Positions 51,311-62,695 are shown, numbered from the stretch's first letter. The stretch is 64,000 nucleotides of DNA from an uncultured Gammaproteobacteria bacterium (GCA_963714975.1 CAVQQD010000002.1:64001-128000), one strand, 5' to 3'. Notes: generated by a model not told the origin, from the letters alone. A program made the numbers and translations.

Positions 51311-53637
51311 ATAAATGATTATTGTGAATATGGTGCAGGATTTCAAGAAGACCGAAATAAAATAGGTCGTTATACCAACCTTTTGGCATGGGAATTCCGT
51401 TTCGCCCTGAAACCTACCCGAGAAAATATCAACAAGGCAGTTGATGCTGCGCTGCCAGTATTATTTTCCTCCGATTGGCAAGGAGTTGAGCCTGATTTTA
51501 AATTTTACCTTTTAAATAATTTACGTAACCTGTTGCCGAAAGAAACAGGTTACGAAGGACCTTATGTTAACCTCGATAACCCCTCTGATCGCGATCAACG
51601 CGGAAAGGAATTCTGCGTTTATATGTTGCAAGATTCCAGGGGACAATTCGAAAGAACTCCTGCTGAATTTAAAGAGCTTATTTTAAAGCTCTGGAAAGCA
51701 TTCCGAGATAGCGGTGTTGAAATAGGCTATATCAGCCCGCAAATTGGCGATCGCGCTTTGCCTTGTGATCCGGGACTTACAACCCCAGTTTCTTATTCCT
51801 ACACGGCACATGTGAGAAGATGGGATGCCATAACCAATCCTTTTTGGGAAGAAATTCGCAGGGTGGGCCTACCTTTAACAGATGATGATTTTCGGCTTAA
51901 TGATTTAGAGTTTAATAAAACCCAAACATTATATACGCAGCGTGCGACAGAGGAACTTCAAGGACACCGCGATCCTCTTGCCGGTGTACAGATTTCTGCA
52001 GCAGATTTAAGTCGTCATGGTATTCATGCGCAAGCACCCATCGAGATGCAGGCTGCCAAAGTCAAATATTTACAAAACCATTATACCCAAGCGGTGCAAG
52101 ATATCTCGCGGGATTTGCAAGCACAGAAAGCAAAGCCGTCTTCGTTTGAAAAATCTTTGCAAAAGCTTCAAGCCCTAGCTTCGGGCACTGACCTTGAGGA
52201 TAGTAAAGAAACTCGAGTTATTGATGAAAATGGACATGTCACAGAGGCAGGATTAGCTCTGGTGTGTCAAGGTGGCAACAGTACCTTATTTGATTCATTG
52301 AATAAATTACTTGCTCGTCCGGAACCGATAACTTGGCAAGAGTTAGAGAACTTACAGTTAGCCCAAGGGCATAATCAGGACTATCAAAGAGATTTTGATG
52401 TGTGGATAAAAAAAGCGAGAATAAACCAAGGAGGCACACCGCCTGTTTATGCCGTTGACAAGGCAGACTTATTAAAATCGTTTGGTAAAGTCGCTTTTTT
52501 AAGAAAATACCGAGAATATGTATCAGATGTGGAAAACATCATTCATCATTTCCCTCCTAGCTACTATGGAGGAATGCTGCAGCCAAATGACCTTGTAGCG
52601 GATCTAAATAATTTTTTTAATTTAAGTTCTGCAGCTTGTAAAAAATTTGATGTTATTAAGTTCAAGAATGGGTATTTACCAGTAATACGAGCAAAGCAAA
52701 CTTCCCCCGAATTTAAGCCAGGTCTGCAAGGAATAATCGATCAATTTAATGCTGATCAGAATATCAAAAAATTCTTAACGGATAATGGAATAACTGATGA
52801 TAAATTGGCCGACATGGTCACACAAGATCCCTGGGACATGGAAATATTTTATCGCCGCTTAAGGGAATTAAAGAAAGAACGCTATTTTCTCCACCAAGAA
52901 TCTTATCGTTTATGGACCATGGCATTGAAAAAAGGTGATTTTGCTAGCTTGCGTTGGAAGACAGTCTATCCGGCATTGATTATAGCTTTGCTTGTTCCTG
53001 TCGGAACTGGTGTGGCATTTTCGAAATTCAGTCTGCAAGAGCTTACCCATGATTTTATTACAGGCAATTCTACGCTTGATCATGTCAAAACACTGGGTCT
53101 GGCAGTAGCCGGCGCTTTTATAATTGCAGCCATTGGATTCTTAATTTATAAAGGTGTCCGACATCATTATGATGAGCAATTGGTAAACGCCTGTTATGAA
53201 AAAGATGCTCACCAGGTAACTGCTGCGCTTGTTAATGGTGCTGATCCCGAGGTGATGCTTCATCAACTCGATTGGAATCTTGCTATAAGAAATAGCAATC
53301 CAGGCAATTATATTGAACCATTGCTTAAAGATCCCAACTACCCGCCCCAGATTAAAAGTGCAATTCAGTTTTTTTCTGCTCCTGATGAAGTTAAAGAGAA
53401 GGATAATAAGCTAACGATTAATCCTACTAAAGGTCTAGGTGGCCATACTGTTTAGTAAGTAAATCCCCTCTCCCGCTTGCGGGAGAAGAATTTAAACTTG
53501 ACTTAATAATCAGCCGAGCGCATCCTAGGCACATCTTTGTGCTACAGTTGAAATTATGTATGAGATTGTTCTCATAAAGATAAGGGATCGGGGGACACGA
53601 GTCCTCTAAATGCGGCCCATGCCCCCTGATCTTAGTT

Positions 53638-53711
53638 TAGCGCACCGTCAAAGGGTTAGGCCCCAATGACGATGCTAACCAAATTAACCTAAGTAAGAGG
53701 TCAAAATGGCT
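53638..53711 (-). ncRNA. SymR-like cis-antisense RNA, copy 2
   Basis: Same stems as 2589-2663 with different loops; promoter TTGCCC(53746-53741)-17-TAAAGT(53723-53718). Confidence 0.6.
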
Positions 53712-54164
53712 AACTCTACTTTAACGGCTTTGCCGTTATCGGGCAACGACATTTATCGTCTTGCTCAAATATTCCACGCTAGCTTCAAACGTTACTGCGA
53801 CCTATGCGATCCCAACGAGAAAGATTATTTACGTGAAATCTCCGCGTTAGTGGGGCTTAGTTTCACGGCGATTTTGACCGATGGGCGTCTGCTATGCATC
53901 TATGAGTCTCGCCTGCAAACCTTCATACGCTACCGAGAATTTAAGGAGCATCCGGAGTATTTGCAGATGTTCTCACGGGCCATTGCGGAAATCGTTGCTG
54001 GCGGAGCTTATGTTTTTAGCTTTGTGAAATATCCAGTCTACCATGAAGAATTCTGCCGCTTGCTGCGTAAAGCGCTGAGTTATCGTCATGCGGATGTACC
54101 TTGGGAAGAATGTAACCGGTTTATGGATTTGCTTTCGCAGAAAAAACGGACCGGTTTGTTCTAA
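53706..54164 (+). CDS. Hypothetical 152-aa protein, copy 2
   Basis: Roughly 90% identical by eye to 2136..2594; GAGG RBS. Confidence 0.85.
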   Translation: MANSTLTALPLSGNDIYRLAQIFHASFKRYCDLCDPNEKDYLREISALVGLSFTAILTDGRLLCIYESRLQTFIRYREFKEHPEYLQMFSRAIAEIVAGGAYVFSFVKYPVYHEEFCRLLRKALSYRHADVPWEECNRFMDLLSQKKRTGLF

Positions 54165-54183
54165 AATAATAACCTTGAAATAT

Positions 54184-55591
54184 GGGGTTCCTACAGCTTG
54201 TGGGGACCTCTTGTTTTAAGCCAAGTCTGTTTCTGTCCTCGCATTCCTGTGCTACACTTTTGCCTCGAACCCTACGCAACCACTCACCTGAGGGGCTTTC
54301 ATGCACCTACCTGTCAATTCCGATGATTTTAGAGAAATTATTGAGAAGAAATTCGACTTCGTTGATAAGACTTTATGGATTCAAGAAATTCTGGATGAAA
54401 TTTCAGTCACAGTCATGGCAATCACCCGCCCACGTCGTTTTGGTAAGACCTTAAATTTATCGATGTTGCACTATTTTTTGGCAGCAGAGGTTGATGGACG
54501 TAAAACTCAAGGCTTATTTGATGGCTTGAAAATTGCTGCCTTAGGTGAAAAATACATGCAGCATCAAGGAAAATATCCCGTCATTTTTATCACCTTTAAG
54601 GAGGTTAGGGATCATGACTTTTCTATTGCCTATTCCAATTTAATTAACCTGCTACATCGCGTTTACCGCCAGCACAATTACTTAACTGATAGCCCACGCT
54701 TATCTCCTGCAGAAAAAGAAAAATTTAAAATTATTTTAGAACGAAAGGGCAGTCGAGGAGACGTAAATTCAGCGTTGCTTGATTTATCTTATTATTTATA
54801 TCAGCATCATGGCGCCAAAGTTTGGTTGCTTATTGATGAATATGATACCCCCATTCAATCCGCTTTTTTAAATAACTACTATGATGAGGTTACCTCATTA
54901 ATGCGCAGCTTATTGGGTGCTGCGTTAAAAACCAATCCCTATCTCGAAAGAGCAGTAATAACCGGTATTTTACGTATCGCGAAAGAAAGTTTGTTTTCAG
55001 GGTTAAATAATATAGAAGTTTATACTTTACTACATTCTAACTATGGTGAATATTTTGGTTTTACCGAATCTGAAGTCAATGCATTGCTAAATCAAGCAGG
55101 TTTGGATAAAGAGGCTGTGGCAATTCGTGATTGGTACAATGGCTATAAATGTGGCAACACGATTATTTACAACCCCTGGTCTATTGTGCACTGTATTAAA
55201 CGCCAAGGAGAACTACAGCCGTATTGGGTCAATACCAGCGGCAACGATTTAATTAAGCATTCGTTGGCAGTTGGTGGGCTGCTTTGAAAGAAAACCTTAA
55301 ATTACTTTTGTCAGGGCAAGCAATAGAGGCTTTAATTAATGAGAATATGGTTTTTGGTGATTTGGAACGAGATCAGGATGCTTTGTGGAATTTGTTGTTA
55401 TTCAGTGGTTATTTAAAGGTCATAAAATCAGAGCGTATTAGAGCGCATTGGCAATGTTTACTTGTGCCGCCTAATTATGAAGTAACAATGCTTTATGAAG
55501 ACATTATCCAAGAATGGTTTACCAGCACCTTAGGCAAAAGCAATTACGACTCCTTTTTAAATAGCCTGACACGTGGTGATGTGGAAGAATT
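54184..55591 (+). repeat. Direct repeat of 60896..62307 (mosaic)
   Basis: Near-identical 54184-55010 and 55502-55591, diverged between. Confidence 0.9.
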
Positions 55592-55595
55592 GTGA
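54301..55595 (+). pseudogene. AAA-ATPase-like/PD-(D/E)XK gene, frameshifted (~55277) and truncated before the nuclease domain
   Basis: RPRRFGKT, LIDEYD; 1-nt deletion relative to the 61013 copy; homology stops at GDVEE. Confidence 0.85.
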
Positions 55596-55670
55596 GCTCA
55601 AACTGAACTGAAGTCCCGCCGCCCGTCTACGGGGTCCTGCCGCGCGGACAACCCGCCGTGCTCGTAGCTT

Positions 55671-55775
55671 TCAGGAGACCAGCCTACGCAAGTTGGCAGA
55701 CGAACCTGCTTCTGAGATCGGAAAATACATCCCTGTATTTTACGGTCTGCCAACTTGCGTAGGCTGGTCTCCTGA
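55671..55775. repeat. Perfect 31-bp inverted repeat
   Basis: TCAGGAGACCAGCCTACGCAAGTTGGCAGAC (55671-55701) and reverse complement (55745-55775). Confidence 0.9.
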
Positions 55776-56052
55776 CGCTACTGCGCGCAGCGGTGTTGCC
55801 TCACGCGTCACCCCTTCGGCTGCACCGCGTGACCTCCTGGTTGAGAAAAAAATTTGAGAGCCTCCTCAAGTATGTGAAAATTCAGGATATTTTATTTCAC
55901 CGAGAATTGCCGTCATTATTCTACAATTTAAAAATTTTATCAGAGCAAGATGTGTAAATATGTACACTATTCATTGATTGTCATTGATCCGTGTTAATTC
56001 AGCCCAAAAACAATAAAAATTGAGAGGAAATCGCAAAATCAGGAGTTGGAGT

Positions 56053-56161
56053 CAACAATTCCCGCTCTGCAGCGGGACCCCAAACGCGCGCAGGAACGAG
56101 CACGGTGGGGTGCCGCAGCGGCAGGACCCGTCGGGGATCAGGGCATCAGCGGGAATTGCTG
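56053..56161. repeat. Second copy of the miniature inverted-repeat element, no IS inserted
   Basis: CAACAATTCCCGCT ... CAGCGGGAATTGCTG; right half matches 5986-6042. Confidence 0.8.
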
Positions 56162-56171
56162 CAATCCAAAG

Positions 56172-57560
56172 CTAATCAGTGTAAACACCATAAATTACTG
56201 ATATTTTACTGTATTTTTTCATTTTGCAGAAAAATCGATAGCATAACAAACCACCACTCATTAAAGCACCACAGAACATCCCCCACCAAAATCCAGTCAC
56301 ACCAATCGATGTCATATGAACCAGACCATAGCCAATCGGCACAGGAATCAACCAAAAACCCATCAACGTAGACAATAATGGGAAGCGAGTATCTTTTAGA
56401 CTGCGCAATGCGCCAAACCAGGCAATACGAATGCTTTCTGCAATTTGAAATAGTGAACTAACCTTAAATAACGCAATAATCATAACCACTATAGCGGCTG
56501 TTTCGACTTGGTGAGGGTTAAAATCAACCGCAATGAAGATCAAAGGGCAGCACCAAAATAAAATAGCCACAATCACCATCGATCCACCCGCTGTGATAAC
56601 TCCACAAATTGCTGCACGCTTCGCACGGTAAAGCTCATTTGCACCTATTAAATGCCCCATTCTCACCGTAATGGCTTGAGCAATGGCAAAAATTAATGAC
56701 ATCCAGGTCCCCATGTATTGTAAAGCCACTTGATTTGCGGCCATCCACTCACTACCACTGGTTGCTCCTACCATTAACGTTAATGCTAGAAAAAACGCCA
56801 CTTCTATACAATACATTACCCCCATAGGTAACCCTAAACTCAACAGTTCTTTTAGCAATGCCAACAAGCGCTTTACGTGAGAAAAAAAATTAAAATAGCA
56901 TCGTAACTTCGCCTGAAGTCCTACAAAACTACCCAAAATAATGACCATGAGACAAGAGCTGATGGTGATTCCCCAACCAGCACCCGCAATACCCAGTGCA
57001 GGAAAACCCCATTCTCCAAAAATGAGAGAGAAACTCAAACTAATAGTGAATAACAGGGACAATAGTGTAAACATGAGGACTATGCGCCCCTGCCCTAATC
57101 CAACCAATACTTCCACTAAAGCGATAAAAAATAGGTTTGGCAACAAGCCAAACGCTAATGCATGTAAATATTGTTCTGTTAAAGACACGATAACAGGGGA
57201 TTGTCCAAGATACAGCAAGGCAGGTGATATATTCCAAAATAAGAGAATCGTGGGTAATGCTAAAACCAGCGCTAAGTACAAACCCGCTTGTGCAACCTCA
57301 CCAATCCCTTGGGTGTCTTTAGCGCCATAACGATGAGATACCAACACATTGATAGCACTTAATGTACCAAACGCAATTACGACTAAAGAACCAAATAACC
57401 AACTGGCAATGGCACCTGCAGCTAAACTATCTGCTCCTAACCGCGCTAAGAATAATGTCTCAAAAAAAGGCACTAGCACTTGCGACAGTGCTGTTAAAAC
57501 TAAAGGGAATGCTAATCGCCATAATGGCCATACGTCATGCTTAAAATAAGAAGCTAGCAT
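56172..57560 (-). CDS. MATE family efflux transporter
   Basis: LWRLAFP, FPALGIAGAG, LGLPMG, GALRSLKDT; about 12 TM. Confidence 0.93.
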   Translation of the reverse strand: MLASYFKHDVWPLWRLAFPLVLTALSQVLVPFFETLFLARLGADSLAAGAIASWLFGSLVVIAFGTLSAINVLVSHRYGAKDTQGIGEVAQAGLYLALVLALPTILLFWNISPALLYLGQSPVIVSLTEQYLHALAFGLLPNLFFIALVEVLVGLGQGRIVLMFTLLSLLFTISLSFSLIFGEWGFPALGIAGAGWGITISSCLMVIILGSFVGLQAKLRCYFNFFSHVKRLLALLKELLSLGLPMGVMYCIEVAFFLALTLMVGATSGSEWMAANQVALQYMGTWMSLIFAIAQAITVRMGHLIGANELYRAKRAAICGVITAGGSMVIVAILFWCCPLIFIAVDFNPHQVETAAIVVMIIALFKVSSLFQIAESIRIAWFGALRSLKDTRFPLLSTLMGFWLIPVPIGYGLVHMTSIGVTGFWWGMFCGALMSGGLLCYRFFCKMKKYSKISVIYGVYTD

Positions 57561-57893
57561 TGGCTAAACCTCACGACTCTGCTGACACCTAGGCTAGCAG
57601 AGCTTGAATAGATGCTGTTTTGCTTTCACCACATCCCTGACTAGTTTTATAATGCTCTCCATCACAAGAATCGTATTTTATCACACTTGTTGCATCAAAA
57701 TTAGTTAAAATGATCGAATAAACGTATAATATGCCTAAAAAATGCCCGAAAGAAAGTATCCGGGTATTATTAAGCCTTATGTGGAAGCCTTTTCCCTTCT
57801 CTGAAGTAGTTAAGGCGTATCGATCTGAAGAATGGGAGAGGATCACATCGAGTTAAATGGGGCGAGCTAACAAAATAAGGTCGGTAAAATCGG

Positions 57894-59693
57894 GTGAGAA
57901 TCATGAAAAATACCACGCATCACTCAGTCACTCATTTTGTCATGAGTCTTCTCAAGCCTTATAAAGGCTATCTTGCGATTTTTGCTGTGGTTGCATTATT
58001 TTGGGCGATCACGAATACACTGCTACCCTATATTCTTAAACTCATCATAGATAAGGCCACTGGATTTCAAGGCGATAAGATTTCTGCTTTTACTAGCATT
58101 GAACCTTATATTTTCTTATACATCTTCTTATGGATAGGCTTATGCTTTAATATGCGGCTTTTAGATTTGGCTAAGCTCAAATTATTTCCTAGTCTTAGAC
58201 AAGACGCGATGTCAAAGATGTTTACTTATTTAAACCAACACTCCCATCAGTATTTTCAAAACAATTTTTCGGGAAGCTTGATTAATAAAATCGTCGATAT
58301 GCAAGGAGGTGTTGTTGATATCTTGACTATCTTAGATGATGTTTATGCCCAATTATTAGGTCTTACTATTGCCACTATCACGTTGCTATTCCTCCATCCT
58401 TTGTTTGCAGTGATTTTACTTTCCTGGGTGGTTTGTTTTCTGCTAATCACTTTCCTATTTTTAAAATCAATTCGAAATCTATCCCATGTTTTTGCAGAAG
58501 CGCGTAGTTCCCTAGTAGGGAAAATGGTAGATAGCGTTAGTAATATTGTGAATATTCGCCTATTTGCCAGACATAGTTACGAAAATAATTACATTAATGA
58601 GGCGATTGCTGATACGGTACAAAAAGATCGAAATATGCAGACTAAAATTATTGTTATGCGCATCGGGTGGGACGCCAGTATTGTTGCTTTGCTGGGGATC
58701 AATCTTTGGATGTTAGGAAAAATGTACAGTCAAGATTTAGTTACGATTGGAGATTTTAGCTTTATCATTGCCTTATCTATTAGTATTTTATGGAATTTAT
58801 GGTTTATTGCAGGACAATTTGTTTCTTTTTCAGAACGAGTGGGGACATGTAGACAAGCATTATCCATTATTAATGCCGTGCACGGAATCGTAGATACACA
58901 AGATGCCAAACCTCTGGTGGTATCACAAGGTGAAATTCAATTTAAAAACGTTAGTTTTCACTACAGTGATGGTGAAAAACTGTTTCAAAATAAAAATGTG
59001 TTAATTCATTCCGGTGAAAAAGTGGGACTGGTTGGTTTTTCAGGAAGTGGAAAAAGTACTTTTGTAAACCTTATTTTAAGATTGTTTGAAGTTGAATCTG
59101 GTGTGATCACCATCGATCGTCAGAATATTAATCATGTCACACAAACTTCTTTACGCGAACACATTGCTTTAATTCCACAAGATATCTCTTTGTTTCATCG
59201 TACATTAATGGAAAATATTCGTTATGGGCGTGCAAATGCTACTGATGAGGAAGTAATTGAAGCTTCAACGAAAAGCAATTGCCACGAATTTATTAGCCAA
59301 CTCAGTGAAAAATATCAATCCATGGTGGGAGAACGTGGCATAAAATTATCCGGTGGACAACGTCAGCGAGTTGCTATTGCGCGAGCCATACTAAAAAATG
59401 CACCTATTCTGGTTTTAGATGAAGCTACTTCTGCACTAGATTCAGTCACTGAAAAATATATTCAAGATGCTTTACACCATTTAATGCAGAACAAAACGAC
59501 CATCGTAATCGCACATCGTTTATCCACACTTGCTGCAATGGATAGGATCTTAGTGTTTGACGATGGTAAAATTATTGAGGATGGGACACATGCAACACTC
59601 ATGCAATTAAATGGACATTATGCCAATTTATGGCATATGCAAGTGGGAGGATTTTTACCTGATCTGCATATAAAAGGGCAAATAGATGATTGA
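57894..59693 (+). CDS. ABC exporter (TMD+NBD half transporter)
   Basis: GFSGSGKS, LSGGQRQR, LDEATSALD, IAHRL. Confidence 0.95.
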   Translation: MRIMKNTTHHSVTHFVMSLLKPYKGYLAIFAVVALFWAITNTLLPYILKLIIDKATGFQGDKISAFTSIEPYIFLYIFLWIGLCFNMRLLDLAKLKLFPSLRQDAMSKMFTYLNQHSHQYFQNNFSGSLINKIVDMQGGVVDILTILDDVYAQLLGLTIATITLLFLHPLFAVILLSWVVCFLLITFLFLKSIRNLSHVFAEARSSLVGKMVDSVSNIVNIRLFARHSYENNYINEAIADTVQKDRNMQTKIIVMRIGWDASIVALLGINLWMLGKMYSQDLVTIGDFSFIIALSISILWNLWFIAGQFVSFSERVGTCRQALSIINAVHGIVDTQDAKPLVVSQGEIQFKNVSFHYSDGEKLFQNKNVLIHSGEKVGLVGFSGSGKSTFVNLILRLFEVESGVITIDRQNINHVTQTSLREHIALIPQDISLFHRTLMENIRYGRANATDEEVIEASTKSNCHEFISQLSEKYQSMVGERGIKLSGGQRQRVAIARAILKNAPILVLDEATSALDSVTEKYIQDALHHLMQNKTTIVIAHRLSTLAAMDRILVFDDGKIIEDGTHATLMQLNGHYANLWHMQVGGFLPDLHIKGQIDD

Positions 59694-60447
59694 TCCAAAA
59701 AAAACAGTCACACAACTTTGTGAACATAAATATAGCGACGCACGTGTCATAGTTTGGGCCGGATCCGTTGCAGCTGGCAGCAGTTACACCAATCACTCCG
59801 ACTTGGATATTATCGTTGTTTTTGATCGGGTTCAGAATGCTTATCGCGAAGCCTTCTCCCATGACGGCTGGAAAGTAGATGCTTTCATCCATGACACGGA
59901 AACATTACGTTATTTTTTTGAAGAAATAGATAGAAAATCAGGGATACCCGCATTACCACACATGGTACTGACTGGCATTTTGATGACAGCTCCATCGCCA
60001 TTATCAGAGGAAATAAAAAAATTGGCTTCTAAAACTATAGATGCAGGCCCACCAACATGGAGCCGAGAGCAGCTGGATAGATCAAGATTCGTAATAACAG
60101 ATATTCTCGATGATATTGTATGTTCACAAAATCGTGCGGCACAAATAGCCTCTACGGCTAGACTTTATGAGTTATTGGCAGAATTTTATTTCCGTGCTCA
60201 AGATAAATGGTCTGCTAACGGAAAAACAATATTACAATTTTTGAAAAAACAAAATTATGATTTAGCTTGTTTGTATCGAGATGCTTTTGATGACGTATTC
60301 AAGCACGGCCATACTCAGCTGCTCAATGAATTAGCTTGTAAAATTTTAGAACCCTATGGCGGTTTACTATGGGATGGGTATCATGCAGATGCGCCAAAAG
60401 AATGGAGGAGGATTGACTATGATTCGCTTTATCAAAAAACCATTTGA
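59686..60447 (+). CDS. Pol-beta superfamily nucleotidyltransferase domain protein
   Basis: AGSVA.G.....SDLD (GS..DxD) plus helical C-terminus. Confidence 0.85.
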   Translation: MIDPKKTVTQLCEHKYSDARVIVWAGSVAAGSSYTNHSDLDIIVVFDRVQNAYREAFSHDGWKVDAFIHDTETLRYFFEEIDRKSGIPALPHMVLTGILMTAPSPLSEEIKKLASKTIDAGPPTWSREQLDRSRFVITDILDDIVCSQNRAAQIASTARLYELLAEFYFRAQDKWSANGKTILQFLKKQNYDLACLYRDAFDDVFKHGHTQLLNELACKILEPYGGLLWDGYHADAPKEWRRIDYDSLYQKTI

Positions 60448-60862
60448 TGACCTCAGTAAAGAAGAGCTCTATGCAATACTCAAAATGCGTATGGAAATAT
60501 TTATGCTAGAGCAACACAGCTTGTATCTGGATTTGGATGGCAAAGATCAACAGGCTACCCATATTTTTGGCGTTCCAGAACATCACACAGAACCGGTTTG
60601 TTATGGTCGAGTGACTACAGAAAATTCAACTGCTTATATTCGCCGTATTTGTGTTCGTAAAGTTTTTCGTGAGAAAGGATTGGGCACATTATTGATGAAC
60701 CAACTTTTGTATCATATTGATACCTTGGATATTGATACCATTGAACTTGACGCACAAATTCACCTGCAAAATTTTTATGGTAAGTACGGATTTTACACGA
60801 TCGGTCAACCTTATGATGACGCCGGCATTTTACATGTGATGATGAGAAAAATTATAACTTGA
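60419..60862 (+). CDS. ElaA-like GNAT acetyltransferase
   Basis: ELYAILK.R..IF..EQ, DLDGKD, R.KGLG, AQ.HLQNFY, DAGILH. Confidence 0.9.
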   Translation: MIRFIKKPFDDLSKEELYAILKMRMEIFMLEQHSLYLDLDGKDQQATHIFGVPEHHTEPVCYGRVTTENSTAYIRRICVRKVFREKGLGTLLMNQLLYHIDTLDIDTIELDAQIHLQNFYGKYGFYTIGQPYDDAGILHVMMRKIIT

Positions 60863-61012
60863 TGGCTTTTGCCACTGTATACCACCAGGCAATAGGGGGT
60901 TCCTATAGCTTGTGGGGACCTCTTGTTTTAGGCCAAGTCTGTTTCTGTCCTCGCATTCCTGTGCTACACTTTTGCCTCGAACCTTACGCAACCACTTACC
61001 TGAGGGGCTTTC

Positions 61013-62695
61013 ATGCACCTACCTGTCAATTCCGATGATTTTAGAGAAATTATTGAGAAGAAATTCGACTTCGTTGATAAGACTTTATGGATTCAAGAAA
61101 TTCTGGATGAAATTTCAGTCACAGTTATGGCAATCACCCGCCCACGCCGTTTTGGTAAGACCTTAAATTTATCGATGTTGCACTATTTTTTGGCAGCAGA
61201 GGTTGATGGACGTAAAACTCAAGGCTTATTTGATGGCTTGAAAATTGCTGCCTTAGGTGAAAAATACATGCAGCATCAAGGAAAATATCCCGTCATTTTT
61301 ATCACCTTTAAGGAGGTTAGGGATCATGACTTTTCTATTGCCTATTCCAATTTAATTAACCTGCTACATCGCGTTTACCGCCAGCACAATTACTTAACTG
61401 ACAGCCCACGCTTATCTCCTGCAGAAAAAGAAAAATTTAAGACTATTTTAGAACGAAAGGGCAGTCGAGGAGACGTAAATTCAGCATTGCTCGATTTATC
61501 TTATTATTTATATCAGCATCATGGCGCCAAAGTTTGGTTGCTTATTGATGAATATGATACCCCCATTCAATCCGCTTTTTTAAATAACTACTATGATGAG
61601 GTTACCTCATTAATGCGAAGCTTATTGGGTGCTGCGTTAAAAACCAATCCCTATCTCGAAAGAGCAGTAATAACCGGTATTTTACGTATTGCGAAAGAAA
61701 GTTTGTTTTCAGGATTAAATAACATTAAAGTTTATTCGTTATTGCATTCGAAATATGGTGAATATTTTGGATTTACTGAGCAAGAGGTTACTAAGCTTTT
61801 AACCAAAGCCAATTTAAACTCACAAGCAGAGACAATAAGATATTGGTACAACGGTTATCTTGCGGGTGATAAAGTAATTTACAATCCCTGGTCGATTGTC
61901 AACTGTATTAATGAGGGTGGTGCCCTTCAGCCTTACTGGGTCAATACCAGTAGCAATGATTTGATTAAGCGTTTACTGACTGTTGGTGATGCCGCTTTGA
62001 AGGAAAATCTCGAATTACTTTTATCAGGGGATGCAATAGAAGCCTTAATTGACGAAAATATGGTGTTTGGAAATTTAGAACGAGATCAGTATGCCCTGTG
62101 GAGTTTGTTATTGTTTAGTGGTTATTTAAAGGCAATTCACATCGAGCGTGGTGAAGGGACTTATCTCAAAGCTCAGCTCGTACCGCCTAATTATGAAGTA
62201 TATTCACTTTATCGCGGCATTATCCAAGAATGGTTTACTAGCACCCTAGGCAAAAGCAATTATGACTCCTTTTTAAATAGCTTGACACGTGGCGATGTGG
62301 AAGAATTTACCCTGCGGTTACAAGATTGCCTCCAAGATACCTTTAGCATCTTTGATGTTACTGGCTTACATCCCGAGAAATTTTATCACGGCTTTGTCTT
62401 AGGCATGATGGTGAGCTTGCAAAAAACTCATGAAATCCAGTCGAATAAGGAGAGTGGTTATGGCCGCTATGATGTGATGTTAATCCCTAAAGATCCTTCG
62501 AAATTGGGCATCGTGTTGGAATTCAAAACGGTTCGTGATGCTAATATTCCCTTGCTTGAAGCGGCGCAAGAAGCATTGCAGCAAATCATCGATCGGAATT
62601 ACACACAAACTCTACGTAACAAAGGGATTCAACAGATTCTGCAACTAGGGTTAGCTTTTCGACATAAAGAAGTTGCAGTGAAAAGGGGGGCGTAG
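61013..62695 (+). CDS. AAA-ATPase-like + PD-(D/E)XK nuclease protein, intact
   Basis: RPRRFGKT, IDEYD, YNPWS, EKFYHG, SNKESGYGRYD, VLEFK. Confidence 0.92.
   Translation: MHLPVNSDDFREIIEKKFDFVDKTLWIQEILDEISVTVMAITRPRRFGKTLNLSMLHYFLAAEVDGRKTQGLFDGLKIAALGEKYMQHQGKYPVIFITFKEVRDHDFSIAYSNLINLLHRVYRQHNYLTDSPRLSPAEKEKFKTILERKGSRGDVNSALLDLSYYLYQHHGAKVWLLIDEYDTPIQSAFLNNYYDEVTSLMRSLLGAALKTNPYLERAVITGILRIAKESLFSGLNNIKVYSLLHSKYGEYFGFTEQEVTKLLTKANLNSQAETIRYWYNGYLAGDKVIYNPWSIVNCINEGGALQPYWVNTSSNDLIKRLLTVGDAALKENLELLLSGDAIEALIDENMVFGNLERDQYALWSLLLFSGYLKAIHIERGEGTYLKAQLVPPNYEVYSLYRGIIQEWFTSTLGKSNYDSFLNSLTRGDVEEFTLRLQDCLQDTFSIFDVTGLHPEKFYHGFVLGMMVSLQKTHEIQSNKESGYGRYDVMLIPKDPSKLGIVLEFKTVRDANIPLLEAAQEALQQIIDRNYTQTLRNKGIQQILQLGLAFRHKEVAVKRGA

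Larger units (their letters stand above)
49438..53455 (+). pseudogene. Effector-like protein (lyase-like N-domain, TM hairpin, ankyrin-like segment) interrupted by IS1380; 3' part 51383..53455
   Basis: Removing the IS and one ATAAA gives EQKINDYCEYG...WEFRFALKP in frame, matching HKINDYRQYG in the 62835 paralog. Confidence 0.85.

Noticed and set aside
57589-57846. 85-aa minus-strand ORF with faint YegP-like words
   Set aside because: Lies in a divergent promoter region and the similarity is too weak
54301-62695. Diversity-generating retroelement explanation for the variable AAA segment
   Set aside because: No reverse transcriptase, and the differences are not adenine-specific
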